Positions 12,930-26,639 of a stretch of 64,000 nt of DNA are shown in pieces (position 1 is the stretch's first letter; every line of letters starts with the position of its first letter). The notes below the pieces were generated by a model, which was not told where the DNA came from, did no database searches, and saw only the letters and a list, made by a program, of their open reading frames with translations. Location of the stretch: NCBI GenBank assembly GCA_964016885.1, contig OZ024740.1:312666001-312730000 (forward strand), in the 5' to 3' direction. The position numbers and the translations under genes are program-made. The stretch comes from Eledone cirrhosa. Lineage: Eukaryota.

Positions 12930-14170
12930 AATTATACAGACCATACCATAAGCCCGGTGAGGTTCTATCTTATATCAATTACGCTTCTAACCACCCTAAG
13001 TCTACACTCAACTCCATAGTCTATAGCATCTCCCATAGAATCTTGAGGCTCTCTGCTAATGAGGAACTCTTCAACCAAGCAGCTGAGTACTACAATAGGG
13101 CATTAGCTGACTCAGGTTATAACCGTGAAATTTCCTACCTCCATAATGCTAACTCTATAACCCCCCCATCTCGGACTAATGTTATAGTGAGCCATACCTA
13201 TAACCAACCACATCACACCCACGCTATTGTAACAAATAGTAGAATAGATAATCGCACCAATAAATACAGCCCGCATGGTAATTACAAAGGTAGCAGGACT
13301 GGTGTATTACCGCAACTAAAGTGTCATGGTCTGGTTAATAGTAGCAGATGCAGCCTACTTGAGTTATTCCCTGCTTACAGGCTTAATAAATGTAATGGCC
13401 TATTACCTACACCTTCTAACCCACCTACGGCTACAGGGAACCACCACACGGACATTCGGGCATAACGCAAACAAAATGCACATTAGGCAGCAACACATTA
13501 GCAACAATAAGAACGCATCTGACAATGTTGGTGGTAACCTTGACCAGCACGATCGCCGCTATAGTAGCGCGACTGATGGCTACAGTAGTGACCATAATAG
13601 TGTGAGCAACTACAGTAGAAAGCGCTGTAACATACGATGTACGCATGGTACTACCCTGTGCGTCCTTAGCTAGGGTAATACTAACGACAATAATAGTAGC
13701 CGTTGTGCTGATAATAATAATAATAATATTATGGTGGGTACTAACAACCATCACTTTGGAGGGGACCATAGTAAGCACTGCAACTGTCGTGACCCTGCTA
13801 ACTGTCCGCTCCGGGGCCAATGCCTAACTAAAAATGTTATATATAGATATACTGTTACTAGCCACAATAGTGTCAAATATTACAAAGGGGTCACTTCTGG
13901 GTCGTTCAAGACTAGATTTTGAGCGCATCTCCACTCTTTTAAGAATAGGAAACTAAGATACTCTATATCCCTCGCCAATTACATCACCCACTTATTGGGA
14001 AATTGTCAACCAGGCAACATCCTACAACTTCAAGAAAAAATGCCAGCTCTGTCTTATGGAGCTGTACTATATAGTGCAAGGACCCCCAGATCTCATCAAC
14101 AGTCGAGCCGAAACCGTCATCAATTGCAGCCATAGACTACAACAGTCGTTCTATAGATGGACCCCGGATA
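12930..14170 (+). mobile_element. Degenerate Penelope-like element (RT C-terminus and GIY-YIG)
   Basis: YRPYHKPGEVLSYINYASNHP..YYNRALADSGY, and later CNCRDPANCPLRGQCLTKNVIY..YKGVTSGSFKTRF*. Confidence 0.75.
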
Positions 14171-15056
14171 ATACTCAAACACCATAACACCAGGGCCTTT
14201 TACACTGCGCCTTGGCATGTCTTAAAACGGTGGGTTAAAAATTAAACATCTGTGAACAATACTATTATCCAGCCCCCGCGTCATCCCTCATGGGTGTTGC
14301 ACTACTTATGTTCAGACCGGATTACCTCATCGTATTCTTCCGCACTAATGGAATAAATTTTGAGTATCTCTGCAGAATCGGTGATTGTATCATTTAAACA
14401 CTGTGGATGTATAATCATGTAACTGTGCAGCGCCTAACGTTTATGCCTTTACATTTCTCGGCGTTTAAGCATATTTTGAAATTGCAGCTTTATACTAATT
14501 TAAACCGGTGCATAATCTTCATTGACCTTAATCTTATTGAACACTCACATCCATACCTTAACTGTGCCTCATTAAATTGGCTTGACAAAGCATAATTAAA
14601 TTAGCACGTAGTAACTAGAAGTAGGGGAATAAATAAATATTTTGTAATAGTGGACTTTAATTTAGCAGATAAATCCAAATAACACCGGAATTACTTGCCT
14701 TTGTTCACAAACATAAACATTTAACTTTGTAACACCGAAATATGAATTTCGATGTTAAAATCATACTCATGCCCATTCAGAGTTCTTTATTAAATCCTTT
14801 ATTTCCTGTATGCCTCTGAGGAGCTCATCTTGGGCATAACATGTGTAAGAGCTTCTTATAAATATATTTTAACGGCTTGCTTCTCTTTCTTCAATTTCTT
14901 CGATGATATATATATATATATATATTTAAAGGTTAAACAAGGTTCAATGAATAAAGTTTTACAATAGATTAGAAGCACTCCACAAGAATGGTTTTCCGGA
15001 GTTATTAATATTAATTCAAAAATTAACAAATATAGACATTCGTGTGATCAAGTATA

Positions 15057-15119
15057 TTTTATTATACATATTTCAGAGGTACTGAGCTATCTTAAACAGT
15101 ACGTCCTCATCAGATAAAA
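15057..15119 (-). ncRNA. Minimal type I hammerhead ribozyme candidate
   Basis: Minus strand: ttttat CTGATGA ggacgtactg..cagtacctct GAAA tatgt ATA ataaaa; 6-bp stem I. A partial inverted copy lies at 17205-17282. Confidence 0.6.
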
Positions 15120-16212
15120 TAAGATGATGCATGACATACCTTGACTAAGTAGATGGTTAAAATTCAGTCATGGTAGTGAATAAGATAGGACAAAACTCAA
15201 TATTTATATACCTTAAGATTGAGACGTGAAAAAATTACATATAATACAGAGGGTGCGTGTGAGAAAGCTTATAAAGATACATAATAATAAACCACTACTA
15301 ATATAATATAAACCTACATAACTGTTAGAAATTTAAATAATTTAAATTATTGAAGAAAGAAGAAGTGAAAGACAGAAAGAGAAACAGAAGAGGAAAAAAG
15401 AGAATGACTAGAAGTATAGAATTATCTTATGCACGAAAGCAAAAGAAAATTGATTAAGGATAGAGAAAGGAGGAGAAAATAAATTTTTATAGTATAACAC
15501 ATAGGGAGATTTGTACTGTCGTGGATAAATAGCGTATTATTAGATGATGCAAAAATATATATATAAATATATATTTGGGCATAGCTTTGTGAATGAATAA
15601 TTTCGAATCGTTAAATTATCTAGAAATAATCAATCAATCAAAATATCAAATATATATCTGGGTGTAGTTATATGACGGTTTATTTTCAAATCCTTAAGTT
15701 AATAAGAAATAGTCAATTAATCAATTATATATATCCCAGCGCATCCGGATGACCGTTAAATTTTGAATCTTTATGTTAAGAAATAGGGAATTAATCTAAA
15801 GGCTTCTTTTAATCTAAAGATTTCTGACTATAGAATTTATAAGTATTTATATTATAGTATAATATCATATTTAAAGTATTTGCAAACATGAGAAAGAAAA
15901 GACTTAAGATTTTCTTCATCCCGAAGGTAATCCAAATTAAATTATATCAAAAAAGTTTTTTTTTATATTAAAGAAATTTTATATTAAAAAATAATCATTA
16001 TATAATTTAGAAAATAATTACAATTATAAATTTAAAATTAGAATGCCCTTAAGTATCCAAAGGCCATATAAGTGTACTTAAAAAGGATATTATTAAACTA
16101 GATATACGCATTTGTTTAAAGTTTAAGACGATATTAATCAGTTATATATATAATATTTCGTTTCTGAATTTGTTTAGCAAGATTCTTTATCTGAAAACGT
16201 GTGTTGAAACCG

Positions 16213-16947
16213 ATATTGTTATACTTTGGGAGGGTCATGTTGCCAATAAGAAACACACGCACCAGTGCTTTCACTTCAATTTATTATAATAAATTTATAA
16301 ATTTCCGGTTGGTTGGTTCCACAACCAGATGGTTGTTTACATATTGACAAAGTTCTTTCGTCACACATTCTGTGACCTCTTCAGTGACTGGGATTCTTTT
16401 CTTTGTTTTTGTGCCTCTCCTTTGTTCTGTCCTACGCCATCTTGTTTCTGTGTGCTCAGTCTGCGCATGTGCCACATCCAAGTGTCTGTGTGTTTATATG
16501 CGTTTATTTACATGTTACAGGTTGGTTGTTTGTTCTATGTGCGTGTGTTTTCATTTTGTCTTTTGTCCTTAATTGGGAAAACACACACGCACATAGAACA
16601 AACAACCAACCTGTAACATGTAAATAAACACATATAAACACATATAAACACACACAGACACCCGGATGTGGCGCATGCACAGACTGAGCACACAACACAC
16701 ACACAGAAACAAGATGGCATAGGACAGAACAAAGGAGAGGCACAAAAAACAAAGAAAAGAATCCCCAGTCAATGAAGAGGTCACAGAATGTGTGACGAAA
16801 GAACTTTGACAATATATAAACAACCATCTGGTTGTGGAACCAACCAACCAACCGGAAATTTATAAATTTATTATAATAAATTGAAGTGAAAGCACTGGTG
16901 CGTGTGTTTCTTATTGGCAACATGACCCTCCCAAAGTATAACAATAT
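16213..16947. repeat. About 735-bp imperfect palindrome (arms about 340 and 370 bp, about 25-nt spacer)
   Basis: 16213-16552 is the reverse complement of 16577-16947 with small indels; each arm holds a hammerhead-like core. Confidence 0.9.
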
Positions 16948-17299
16948 AATATAATTACTGTTAATAGTGTTAAAAATAAAGTTTTACGTCAAGTATTATA
17001 TTAAAAAAAATTATTCAACTAGGATCATGTAATACATATATCTTATAAATATACATGAATCAAAAAACACAGATTCAAAATATATAAATGAATGGTTTGC
17101 AATAATATAAGTGTCAAATATATAAGCTATATAATTTAAAAAATACAAGAAAATTTTTAAGGATTTATATTATAGTATATCAGTATTTATATTATAGTAT
17201 AATATCAGTACCTCTGAAATATGTATAATAAAATATACTTGATCACACGAATGTCTATAAATGTTAATATTTTGAATTAATATATATATATACATATAG

Positions 17300-17349
17300 G
17301 AACGAGTAGGACCCCGACGGCTGAGCTCAAGTCGGGGTCCTACTCGTTC
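17300..17349. repeat. Perfect 19-bp GC-rich hairpin
   Basis: gaacgagtaggaccccgac, 12-nt loop, gtcggggtcctactcgttc. Confidence 0.85.
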
Positions 17350-17685
17350 TTATTACCCACTCTACTACCCTAAGTATTGAGTACTTTGGTGCGTTATGGT
17401 CCACCTGGTTCCTTACCACATTTCCTTTGTTATATATACATATATATATATAAAGGAATAAACACAGTAAATTGTGTTTAGAATTACAAGGGTAGTAAGA
17501 CCACGTTGGTTTGACGAATCAAACAGAAAATACAAGATAAATTAAAATGCACTGACCATTTCAATAACTATTTTCTCCCGGACAGATTAGAGATTAATCT
17601 GTTTCGCCCTGAAAAGTTGTGTTTGTAACAGATAATCCGGAGGCAGTTCTCAGCGGGAGATGAGATTATATGCAACAAACACCTA

Positions 17686-17884
17686 TGTGGCATCCTTTTA
17701 TAAAAAAAGAGACTCATAACGAACTGAAGATGACACAATAATTATTTAATATCTCATATTAGATGTTTAGTAATGATTAATACAAAATGCACTTAAACCG
17801 AATTCTATATTATAAATTCACTTAAATAATTATTGTGTCGTCTTGAGTTCATTATGAGTCTCTTTTTTATAAAAGGATGCCACA
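17686..17884. repeat. MITE-like inverted repeat with about 63-bp arms
   Basis: tgtggcatcctttttataaaaaaagagactcataa.. versus ..ttatgagtctcttttttataaaaggatgccaca. Confidence 0.7.
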
Positions 17885-18956
17885 GAGTGTACGATAGATA
17901 ATAATTACAATATTTTTGAGCAACAACTCTAGTCCCACACTTTTGAAGGTTTATTATAACATTCTGTGGCTCTTTTGAGTTTGCGCTTTTTCAGGTCTAG
18001 TTTAATATTTTTTTAAGGCAACGCTTGTAATAACTCTAGTTAAACATGATATATATTAATAATAAATTATCGTAATGTAATTAGATTATATAATTGTTAT
18101 TTTATAAATGATCTCATAAATATAATTGTAAGATGTATAAAAATATTTTCAGACTTTTAATATAAACAACTACAAAAATCAATCAATATTAAATAAATTT
18201 ATTTTACTTAATGATTGTTATAGTTGAATTAATAAAAATTAAATATTACATACAAATAGTCTAACATAATAATTTAAAAAAATCTAACAAAGCGAACAAT
18301 AATATGGACAAATATACAAGTAAATATGATACAACCAATATTATAAGCATGTTATAACGAACTGAAAAAAAAATAGTTAATATAAATTTAAAAAATCATA
18401 TATAACTTACCAAAATGAGAAAAATATTTTGATGATAAACGCCAAAATACAGGAAGATTCGTAAGCGAAACGATAAATAAACGTGCAAACAAAATGGTGG
18501 ATGCTTTTGAGCAACAATTACTCTCGTTGGGTGATTAGCCAATAAGACGATACATTACAAAACATGTTTGGCAGGGATCACCACAACCAGCGACACCCCT
18601 TGAACTTTTTATTCACAAGCTACGCATATGTCAGACACGCAACATTGTTGTTAGTCACTGCGTGTCTAACAGATACATATATTTATTTTTGCCCCCTAAC
18701 CTTACGTTCTGCATCAGTGTGTATATTTTTCCTGTTATTTTATTTTATTATATTTCAGCCTCGCTTTCAATTGTAATAGCCTTTGTTTTTAAATTCATAT
18801 CTTGTCCATATCAAATTTTCATTCTGATGAGTGATTTCAGATGTCTCTGTTGAGCTTGTCTGTCTTCATGAAACCTTTGGTAAATGGAATAATTGTCTTA
18901 CGATGTAACATACATAGAGTACTCTCTTTTCCTTTACCCTTCCTACGGAAATACTT

Positions 18957-19262
18957 CATCATCATCATCTCATTTTACGTCCGCTTTTTCCCTGCTTGCA
19001 AGGGTGGGACGGGAACTGATTCTGGCTTGATTTCTACAGCTGGATGCCCTTCCTAACACCAACCTCATTTACAGTGAGTGCTGGGTACTTTTTGCCGTGG
19101 AATGATATGGACCCCAGTCCAGTCATCTCATTTCTACAGCCGAGTAAACTGGAGCAATGTGAAATAAAGTGTCTTGCTCAAGGAAACAACACATCACCCG
19201 GTCTGAGAATTGAACTCACAACCTTTCGATTGCAAGGCTAATGCTCTAACCACTAAGCCATC
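18957..19262 (-). mobile_element. tRNA-derived SINE with RTE-type 3' tail
   Basis: Minus strand: tggcttagtggttag (A box), gagttcaattctc (B box), ccttgagcaagacactt core, and a tail shared with the RTE 3'UTR ending (GAT)n. Confidence 0.75.
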
Positions 19263-19326
19263 ATATATATATATATACATGTGTTTAGGCTTTAGGTTTT
19301 AGCCTACTTTGTCACAGTAGAAAGTA

Positions 19327-19373
19327 AATGTCTCTGATGATGGATAAAGATTCAGAAATAGCTATCTGGCATT
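19327..19373 (+). ncRNA. Minimal hammerhead ribozyme candidate; inverted copy at about 41044-41090
   Basis: aatgtct CTGATGA tggat aaag attca GAAA tagct ATC tggcatt; palindromic stem III ATAGCTAT. Confidence 0.6.
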
Positions 19374-20137
19374 CTAATCTCAATTGAGATAGCTGTGACA
19401 TGATCACAAATTCATAGTGACATTCTCGTATGTTTATTATACATAGATGTGTCTGCCACTATTGAAGAAATGTAAATGTTGATAACATCAAAAGTAGAAT
19501 TACAAAAGCAAACAGTTTACCTAAAATGTTACCATTGTTTAGGAGTATTGAATCAAAAATAATATAATCTAGTAGTTCTGAGACCAAAGTTATATTCCTT
19601 TATTTACAATCTCAGGTGTCCCCTTTTTTCAATTGTCATTTAGTAATTTTCTTATTTGGTTATTTAATTTTCTTATCATTATACTTTTACAGACTGATAG
19701 CAGCTCATCTGAGGGAGTCCCCCGTGAGGTGGGGTGGCTGTTGCAGGGGGTGTCACTGGCTATTGTCCATGGAAATGCCTTTTCCATTTTGTCTGCGTGA
19801 TGCAGCCAAACCATCTCGCTGACCTAGGTGTAGAATCTGTCACCTTCTCCTCTTCCCCCTTTCTTTCTTCCTTTGTCAAGTAGTCCTTGCTCTTCATCTT
19901 TCTCTCATTTATGGCATTTATAGTCCTTTCCAATACTGCTTTCTTTTTCTGTATGTTTAACAAATTTATATTTAATAAATTATTAAATCAAATTTATTTA
20001 ATCAAATTACTTTATTAATTGCAATCAAATGGAAAATGAAATGCTGATTTTAACACATCATAAAACTTCTATTTTTCTATTTGAGTTAATGCCCAAATAT
20101 GCTGCTAGGAAGGTCAAAAAACACTAAGTGCTATGAA

Positions 20138-20262
20138 GGCATGTGGCTTGGTGGTTAGAGAATTGGATTCACAATCATGAGGTTGTGAGTTTGATTCCTA
20201 GACCAGGTGATGTGTTATGGCCTTAAGCAAGACACTTCATTTCACGTTGCTCTTTCTGTCAG
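20138..20262 (+). mobile_element. SINE tRNA-like head and core fragment (copy at about 40190-40315, minus)
   Basis: tggcttggtggttagag..gagtttgattcc..ccttaagcaagacacttc. Confidence 0.65.
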
Positions 20263-21129
20263 CTATTGTGACTTGGTCCAATTGGATAAATTCCATCTCA
20301 CTCAAGTAAGCAAATGAGGTCTGGAATCTTATTGATTCCCTAAGTGCTATGAAAAGTAAAACAGAGGGTAATAACAGATTCCTCACAACATAAATCTTCT
20401 ATTTGATTTAATGACCAGAGAAACTAAACTAGAAATCCAGTTTTCTTTTTTTACTCACAACAATCGAGGGGAGGAATCTGGAATTAAAGTGACTGTCTGA
20501 AATATTGTTGAAAATGATAATTGGGTTTTCACCAAATGTTTTGCAGCCTTTCATCATAACTTAATGGTCCTTTCTACCATATCAACCTTGATAACTGGTC
20601 CCACTGTTGGGTCAACTTCAGTTAGTCTCTCTCTCAGTCTATCACACACTCTCCTCATTCCGCAACATCACATCACCACCGTTTAACATACATTTTTCCA
20701 TGCTTGCATGGGTTAGACAAGTTGTCCCATTGTGAGACAAGCCAGATCAGATGACGTCTTGCTCATACAGAACTGATTTGGAATTGTTTTCTACGGCAGG
20801 GTGCCCTTCCTAACGCTAACTACATTTACAGAGTGTACTGGGTGCTTTTTGTCGTGACAGTAGCATTTTCATACTACTTAACATCAATAATGGCAAGTGT
20901 GCCACAATTTCACCATAAATATTTTCACTGACTTCAATGTCTCTCCATGGGAGGAGTGGTCTATGTGTCTTCTGAGTAACTGATAATTAGAGGCACCATA
21001 CTTTCTGGCATGATTAGATATATCAGTGAGTTCTATTGTATGGCCTGAGACTTCTTAACTATATGGCTACATTTATTGTTACATTAGATATCTTTTACAG
21101 AGAATGTATTTTGTCACTGATGTGGTAAC

Positions 21130-21775
<646 letters not shown>

Positions 21776-23617
21776 TTAGTTACATTGTCTCTCTCTTGTA
21801 TGAGTATGTTTGTGAGTATTCAATTGACTTTTATCAGAGAATGACTTACCACAGATAATACAAAGATATGGTTTCTCTCCAGTGTGAGTACGTTTATGAG
21901 TATTTAAGTTACTTCTTACAGAGAATGACTTACCACAGATATTACAGTGATATGGTTTCTCTCCTGTATGAGTACGTTTGTGAGTAATTAGTTGACACCC
22001 ATCAGAAAATGATTTACCACATACATCACAGTGGTACGGTTTCTCTCCTGTATGAGTACGTTTGTGAATATTTAAGTAACTTCTTACAGAGAATGATTTA
22101 CCACAGATAACACAAAGATATGGTTTCTCTCCTGTGTGAACATGTTTGTGAATATTTCTTTGACTTCCATCAGAGAATGATTTACCACAGATATCACAAT
22201 GATACGGTTTCTCTCCTGTATGAGTACGTTTATGAGTAGTTAAGTTACCTTTTACAGAGAATGATTTACCACAGATATCACAGTGATATGGTTTCTCTCC
22301 TGTATGAGTACGTTTGTGAATATTTAAGCTACCGCTACAAGAGAATGTTTTACCACAGATATCACAAAGACATGGTTTCTCTCCTGCGTGAGAACGCCAG
22401 TGACACACTAATTGACCACCTTCTGACAATGATTTATCACAGTGATATGGTTTCTCTCCTGTATGAATACGTTTGTGAGTATTTAAGTGAGATTTTATAG
22501 AGAATGATTTACCACAGATATCACAGTGATATGGTTTCTCTCCCGTATGAATACGTTTGTGAGTATTTAAGTGAGATTTTATAGAGAATGATTTACCACA
22601 GATATCACAGTGATATGGTTGCTCTCCCGTATGAATACGTTTGTGAGTATTTAAGTGAGATTTTATAGAGAATGATTTACCACAGATATCACAGTGATAT
22701 GGTTTCTCTCCCGTATGAATACGTTTGTGAGTATTTAAGTGAGATTTTATATAGAATGATTTACCACAGATATCACAGTGATATGGTTGCTCTCCCGTAT
22801 GAATACGTTTGTGAGTATTTAAGTGAGATTTAATAGAGAATGATTTACCACAGATATCACAGTGATATGGTTTCTCTCCCGTATGAATACGTTTGTGAGT
22901 ATTTAAGTGAGATTTTATAGAGAATGATTTACCACAGATATCACAGTGATATGGTTTCTCTCCCGTATGAATACGTTTGTGAGTAGTTAGATAGGTTTTT
23001 ATAGAGAATGATTTACCACAGATATCACAGTGATATGGTTTCTCTCCCGTATGAATACGTTTGTGAGTATTTAAGTGAGATTTTATAGAGAATGATTTAC
23101 CACAGATATCACAGTGATATGGTTTCTCTTCTGTATGAGTACATTTGTGACTAGTTAATTGTCTTGCTTCAGAGAATGATTTACCACAGATATTACAGTG
23201 ATATGGTTTTTCTCCTGTATGAGTACGTCTATGAGTATTTAAGTAACTTTTAACGGAGAATGATTTACCACAGATAACACAAAGATATGGTTTCTCTCCT
23301 GTGTGAATACGTTTATGAATATTTACTTGACTTCCATCAGAGACCGATTTACCACAGATATCACAGTGATACGGTTTCTCTCCTGTATGACTACGTTTGT
23401 GAATGTTTAAGCTACCTCTACGAGAGAATGATTTCCCACAGATATCACAGTGATATGGTTTTTCTCTTGTTTGAGTACATTCATGAGTAGTGAGGTCACA
23501 TTTTTGTGAGAATGGCTTACCACGTATATCACAATCATATGTTTTTCCTTTCTCTTTCTTCCTTTCAACAGAGTGTTTCTTCAATTTAACCTTATTCTCA
23601 CACAATTCAGTTTCCAT
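21776..23617 (-). CDS. ZNF-B: tandem C2H2 zinc-finger protein, 21 fingers (2 degenerate)
   Basis: ORF 21776-23740; its listed start is a TTG inside the VNTR, and the first in-frame ATG is at 23617 (METELCENK). Confidence 0.85.
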   Translation of the reverse strand: METELCENKVKLKKHSVERKKEKGKTYDCDIRGKPFSQKCDLTTHECTQTREKPYHCDICGKSFSRRGSLNIHKRSHTGEKPYHCDICGKSVSDGSQVNIHKRIHTGEKPYLCVICGKSFSVKSYLNTHRRTHTGEKPYHCNICGKSFSEARQLTSHKCTHTEEKPYHCDICGKSFSIKSHLNTHKRIHTGEKPYHCDICGKSFSIKTYLTTHKRIHTGEKPYHCDICGKSFSIKSHLNTHKRIHTGEKPYHCDICGKSFSIKSHLNTHKRIHTGEQPYHCDICGKSFYIKSHLNTHKRIHTGEKPYHCDICGKSFSIKSHLNTHKRIHTGEQPYHCDICGKSFSIKSHLNTHKRIHTGEKPYHCDICGKSFSIKSHLNTHKRIHTGEKPYHCDKSLSEGGQLVCHWRSHAGEKPCLCDICGKTFSCSGSLNIHKRTHTGEKPYHCDICGKSFSVKGNLTTHKRTHTGEKPYHCDICGKSFSDGSQRNIHKHVHTGEKPYLCVICGKSFSVRSYLNIHKRTHTGEKPYHCDVCGKSFSDGCQLITHKRTHTGEKPYHCNICGKSFSVRSNLNTHKRTHTGEKPYLCIICGKSFSDKSQLNTHKHTHTRERQCN

Positions 23618-23695
23618 AATTCTAATTCTCACACCCCATTCCACAGATGTTTTTCTTGTCTTTCTATTTATTTTATTCCCAATATATATTTCTTC

Positions 23696-24708
23696 TGCAA
23701 TATTTCCTTCAACTCTGATCTTTACCAATATTTCCTTCAACTCTGATCTTTACCAATATTTCCTTCAACTCTGATCTTTACCAATATTTCCTTCAACTCT
23801 GATCTTTACCAATATTTCCTTCAACTCTGATCTTTACCAATATTTCCTTCAACTCTGATCTTTACCAATATTTCCTTCAACTCAGATCTTTACCAATATT
23901 TCCATCAACTCTGCTGATCTTTATCAATATTTCCATCAACTCTGCTGATCTTTATCAATATTTCCATCAACTCTGCTGATCTTTATCAATATTTCCATCA
24001 ACTCTGCTGATCTTTATCAATATTTCCATCAACTCTGCTGATCTTTATCAATATTTCCATCAACTCTGCTGATCTTTATCAATATTTCCATCAACTCTGC
24101 TGATCTTTATCAATATTTCCATCAACTCTGCTGATCTTTATCAATATTTCCATCAACTGTAATCTTTATCAATATTTCCATCAACTGTAATCTTTACCAA
24201 TATTTCCATCAACTGTAATCTTTACCAATATTTCCATCAACTGTAATCTTTATCAATATTTCCATCAACTGTAATCTTTACCAATATTTCCATCAACTGT
24301 AATCTTTACCAATATTTCCATCAACTGTAATCTTTATCAATATTTCCATCAACTGTAATCTTTACCAATATTTCCATCAACTGTAATCTTTATCAATATT
24401 TCCATCAACTGTAATCTTTATCAATATTTCCATCAACTGTAATCTTTATCAATATTTCCATCAACTGTAATCTTTACCAATATTTCCATCAACTGTAATC
24501 TTTATCAATATTTCCATCAACTGTAATCTTTATCAATATTTCCATCAACTGTAATCTTTACCAATATTTCCATCAACTGAAATCTTTATCAATATTTCCA
24601 TCAACTGAAATCTTTACCAATATTTCCATCAACTGTAATCTTTACCAATATTTCCATCAACTGTAATCGTCATCAATATTTCCATCAACTCTGATCTTTA
24701 TCAATATT
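23696..24708 (-). repeat. 28-bp (partly 31-bp) VNTR, about 35 copies, between the splice acceptor and the ZNF-B CDS
   Basis: Minus-strand unit gATGgaaatattgataaagattacagtt; sub-arrays have AAG in place of ATG or a 3-bp insertion. Confidence 0.9.
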
Positions 24709-24911
24709 TAAAGATGCTACAATATCTGTTGAAACCCAAGCTTAAATAGAATACAAAATCATCTTTTAGATATTCCAGAAGAAATATTTCAGAGTAATTC
24801 TCAGATTTATATAAACAGGGTTATATCTGTTGTGTATAACGTCTTCCTTTAGTCTTTAAAAGATGACAAATATTGATGATACATCTTTTCATGTCAATGT
24901 CATGTGATATT

Positions 24912-24930
24912 CTGAAATAATAAATAAATA
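24912..24930 (-). promoter_or_regulatory. Splice acceptor for the ZNF-B exon
   Basis: Minus strand tatttatttattatttcAG|aatatcacatg, matching the paralogs. Confidence 0.6.
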
Positions 24931-25189
24931 GAATAAAATATAGAGGATACTTATAATGTAGAGATTCAACAGTAACAATTACACCCCATTTCTATACTGA
25001 TAAACTGACGATATAAACCTTTATCTAGATATTTGAACTTCACTTTTAATTTATTAAAATTACATCATATAAATATCATCTGCTCTTATCTTCACACACT
25101 AGACCGCTCCTCTTCTGCCACTCCTATTATCCCCTTACCTACACACCCTGGTCCCTCTGTCACTGCTGTTTCTTTTACCTTTCCCTACA

Positions 25190-25320
25190 GGGAAACTCCT
25201 GTACACTGATGATCTTGTCCTTATAGCTGAATACATAGGAAAGTTAGAAGCAAACAGGGAAGAAAAATCTAGAACGAAATGCATAAAAGTAAACTTAGCA
25301 AAGACTAAATTCTTAATAAA
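25190..25320 (+). mobile_element. Old RTE RT fragment shared by ZNF paralog introns (also about 56878-57003; remnants at about 425-460 and 35665-35700)
   Basis: KLLYTDDLVLIAEYIGKLEAN..KVNLAKTK. Confidence 0.65.
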
Positions 25321-25929
25321 GAATACAGGAAGCTGTTACCACGCGAGAAGTAGCTTTGCTGAATATGTTGAAAAGGGTTGGGCAAAAATTCCACAAGATG
25401 TAGTGGATTTGCAGGTAGGTTAAGAGTAGGGTACAGTTACTGCGACAATCAAAATTACTGAAAGGTGGGAATATGGCTTGTGCATTAGGATTTTTGGATG
25501 TGGGGATGATTCTGACTAGAGAGATGAACCTTAAAGGCTGGGCTGTGTGCTTTTTTTTCATGGCTCAACTTTTCAACACTAGAGCACTCATTATTTAAGT
25601 AGGCCCCAGATATATTTCACAAAACTGCAGATTTTGATGTATAAAGTATTTACAATCTCTATCTCAGTTCTATAATGAAACTAGTTATCTCAATTAGGTC
25701 TCATATCCTTCAATAGAGAATATTCATGAACACCAAAATTCAGATTCTTTGGTAACATGAAAAAACCCCCTGTAAAATAAACAGAACATTTCCAGCCATC
25801 CGATAGAAACATCTTTCTTTTGTGTGTGTTCAACGAACCTCACTTCCAAATCAGTTGGAAGCGACATGTTTTTTTTTTCTCCCGATCTCCCCATCACTCA
25901 CTATTATGAGCAAATGGGGCCCATGAGCT

Positions 25930-26090
25930 GGCCGCCCAGCGGCCTCGGCGGTCAGAATAGAGGATGGTGAGGGAGAAGCGCTGGAAAATCCATTCCAGCT
26001 TGCAAGGCTCACCCGTAGCAAACTCTGTGCCAATGGTGGTGAGCTGGGAGGTAGCCCTAGAGCCAAGGACACCAGAAGTCGCCATTGCTA
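25930..26090 (-). mobile_element. Highly decayed CRE-like 3' end
   Basis: AMATSGVLG..TGEPCKLEWIFQRFSLTIL aligns with AFETFGG..TGDAREGIWLFQHLSLAI. Confidence 0.5.
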
Positions 26091-26639
26091 TGGGCTAAAC
26101 AACAAACCTGTCGGAGAGCGACCGATATTTGGAGAGTTTACCCTCCTTGGCCCAAAGTGCAGCAGAGCCTGGGTTAATTAAAATGTTTACACTGTAGCTA
26201 TCACCAACATTTACCTCTATGGCAATAGGATCTTTTTTGAGGGAGATTTATTTTCTATTTCTTTTACATCAACAGTTATAGAGGCTTCCATGACATACAT
26301 ACACACACATGCATGTGTGTGTGTGTGTTTGTGTGTGTGTGTAAGACTGTTTGCTGTGATTTGAAATGGATTTTGCTAATATTTCTAGTAGATTGAGGTG
26401 TGACATACCTTTCCTTTTTGCTTCATACATATATACATACACGAGACATTTGACTGGGATTTGAAAGAAATTTGGCTGCTATTTTTAACAGGTCGAGCTG
26501 GCTACCATAAAAGGATCTCACTTATACTACTGTACATAGTAACAGTACTCAGGAATGTCTGATTATTCTTCCAAAGTAACACTATGCAGTAAAGTTGCAA
26601 GTTCAGAATTCCTTACAAACTATATGACTAAGGAATTAG

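Noticed and set aside
19190-19262. tRNA genes at SINE heads (also 20138, 42540, 60930) and at 54527
   Set aside because: They continue into SINE bodies without a full cloverleaf; 54527-54544 is the PBS.
23617-23740. KRAB, SCAN or SET effector domain on the ZNFs
   Set aside because: The N-termini are short Lys/Glu-rich leaders with no recognisable motif, so the PRDM9 comparison concerns array behaviour only.
23696-24708. 28-bp repeats as a CRISPR array
   Set aside because: Head-to-tail units with no unique spacers, eukaryotic context, no cas genes.
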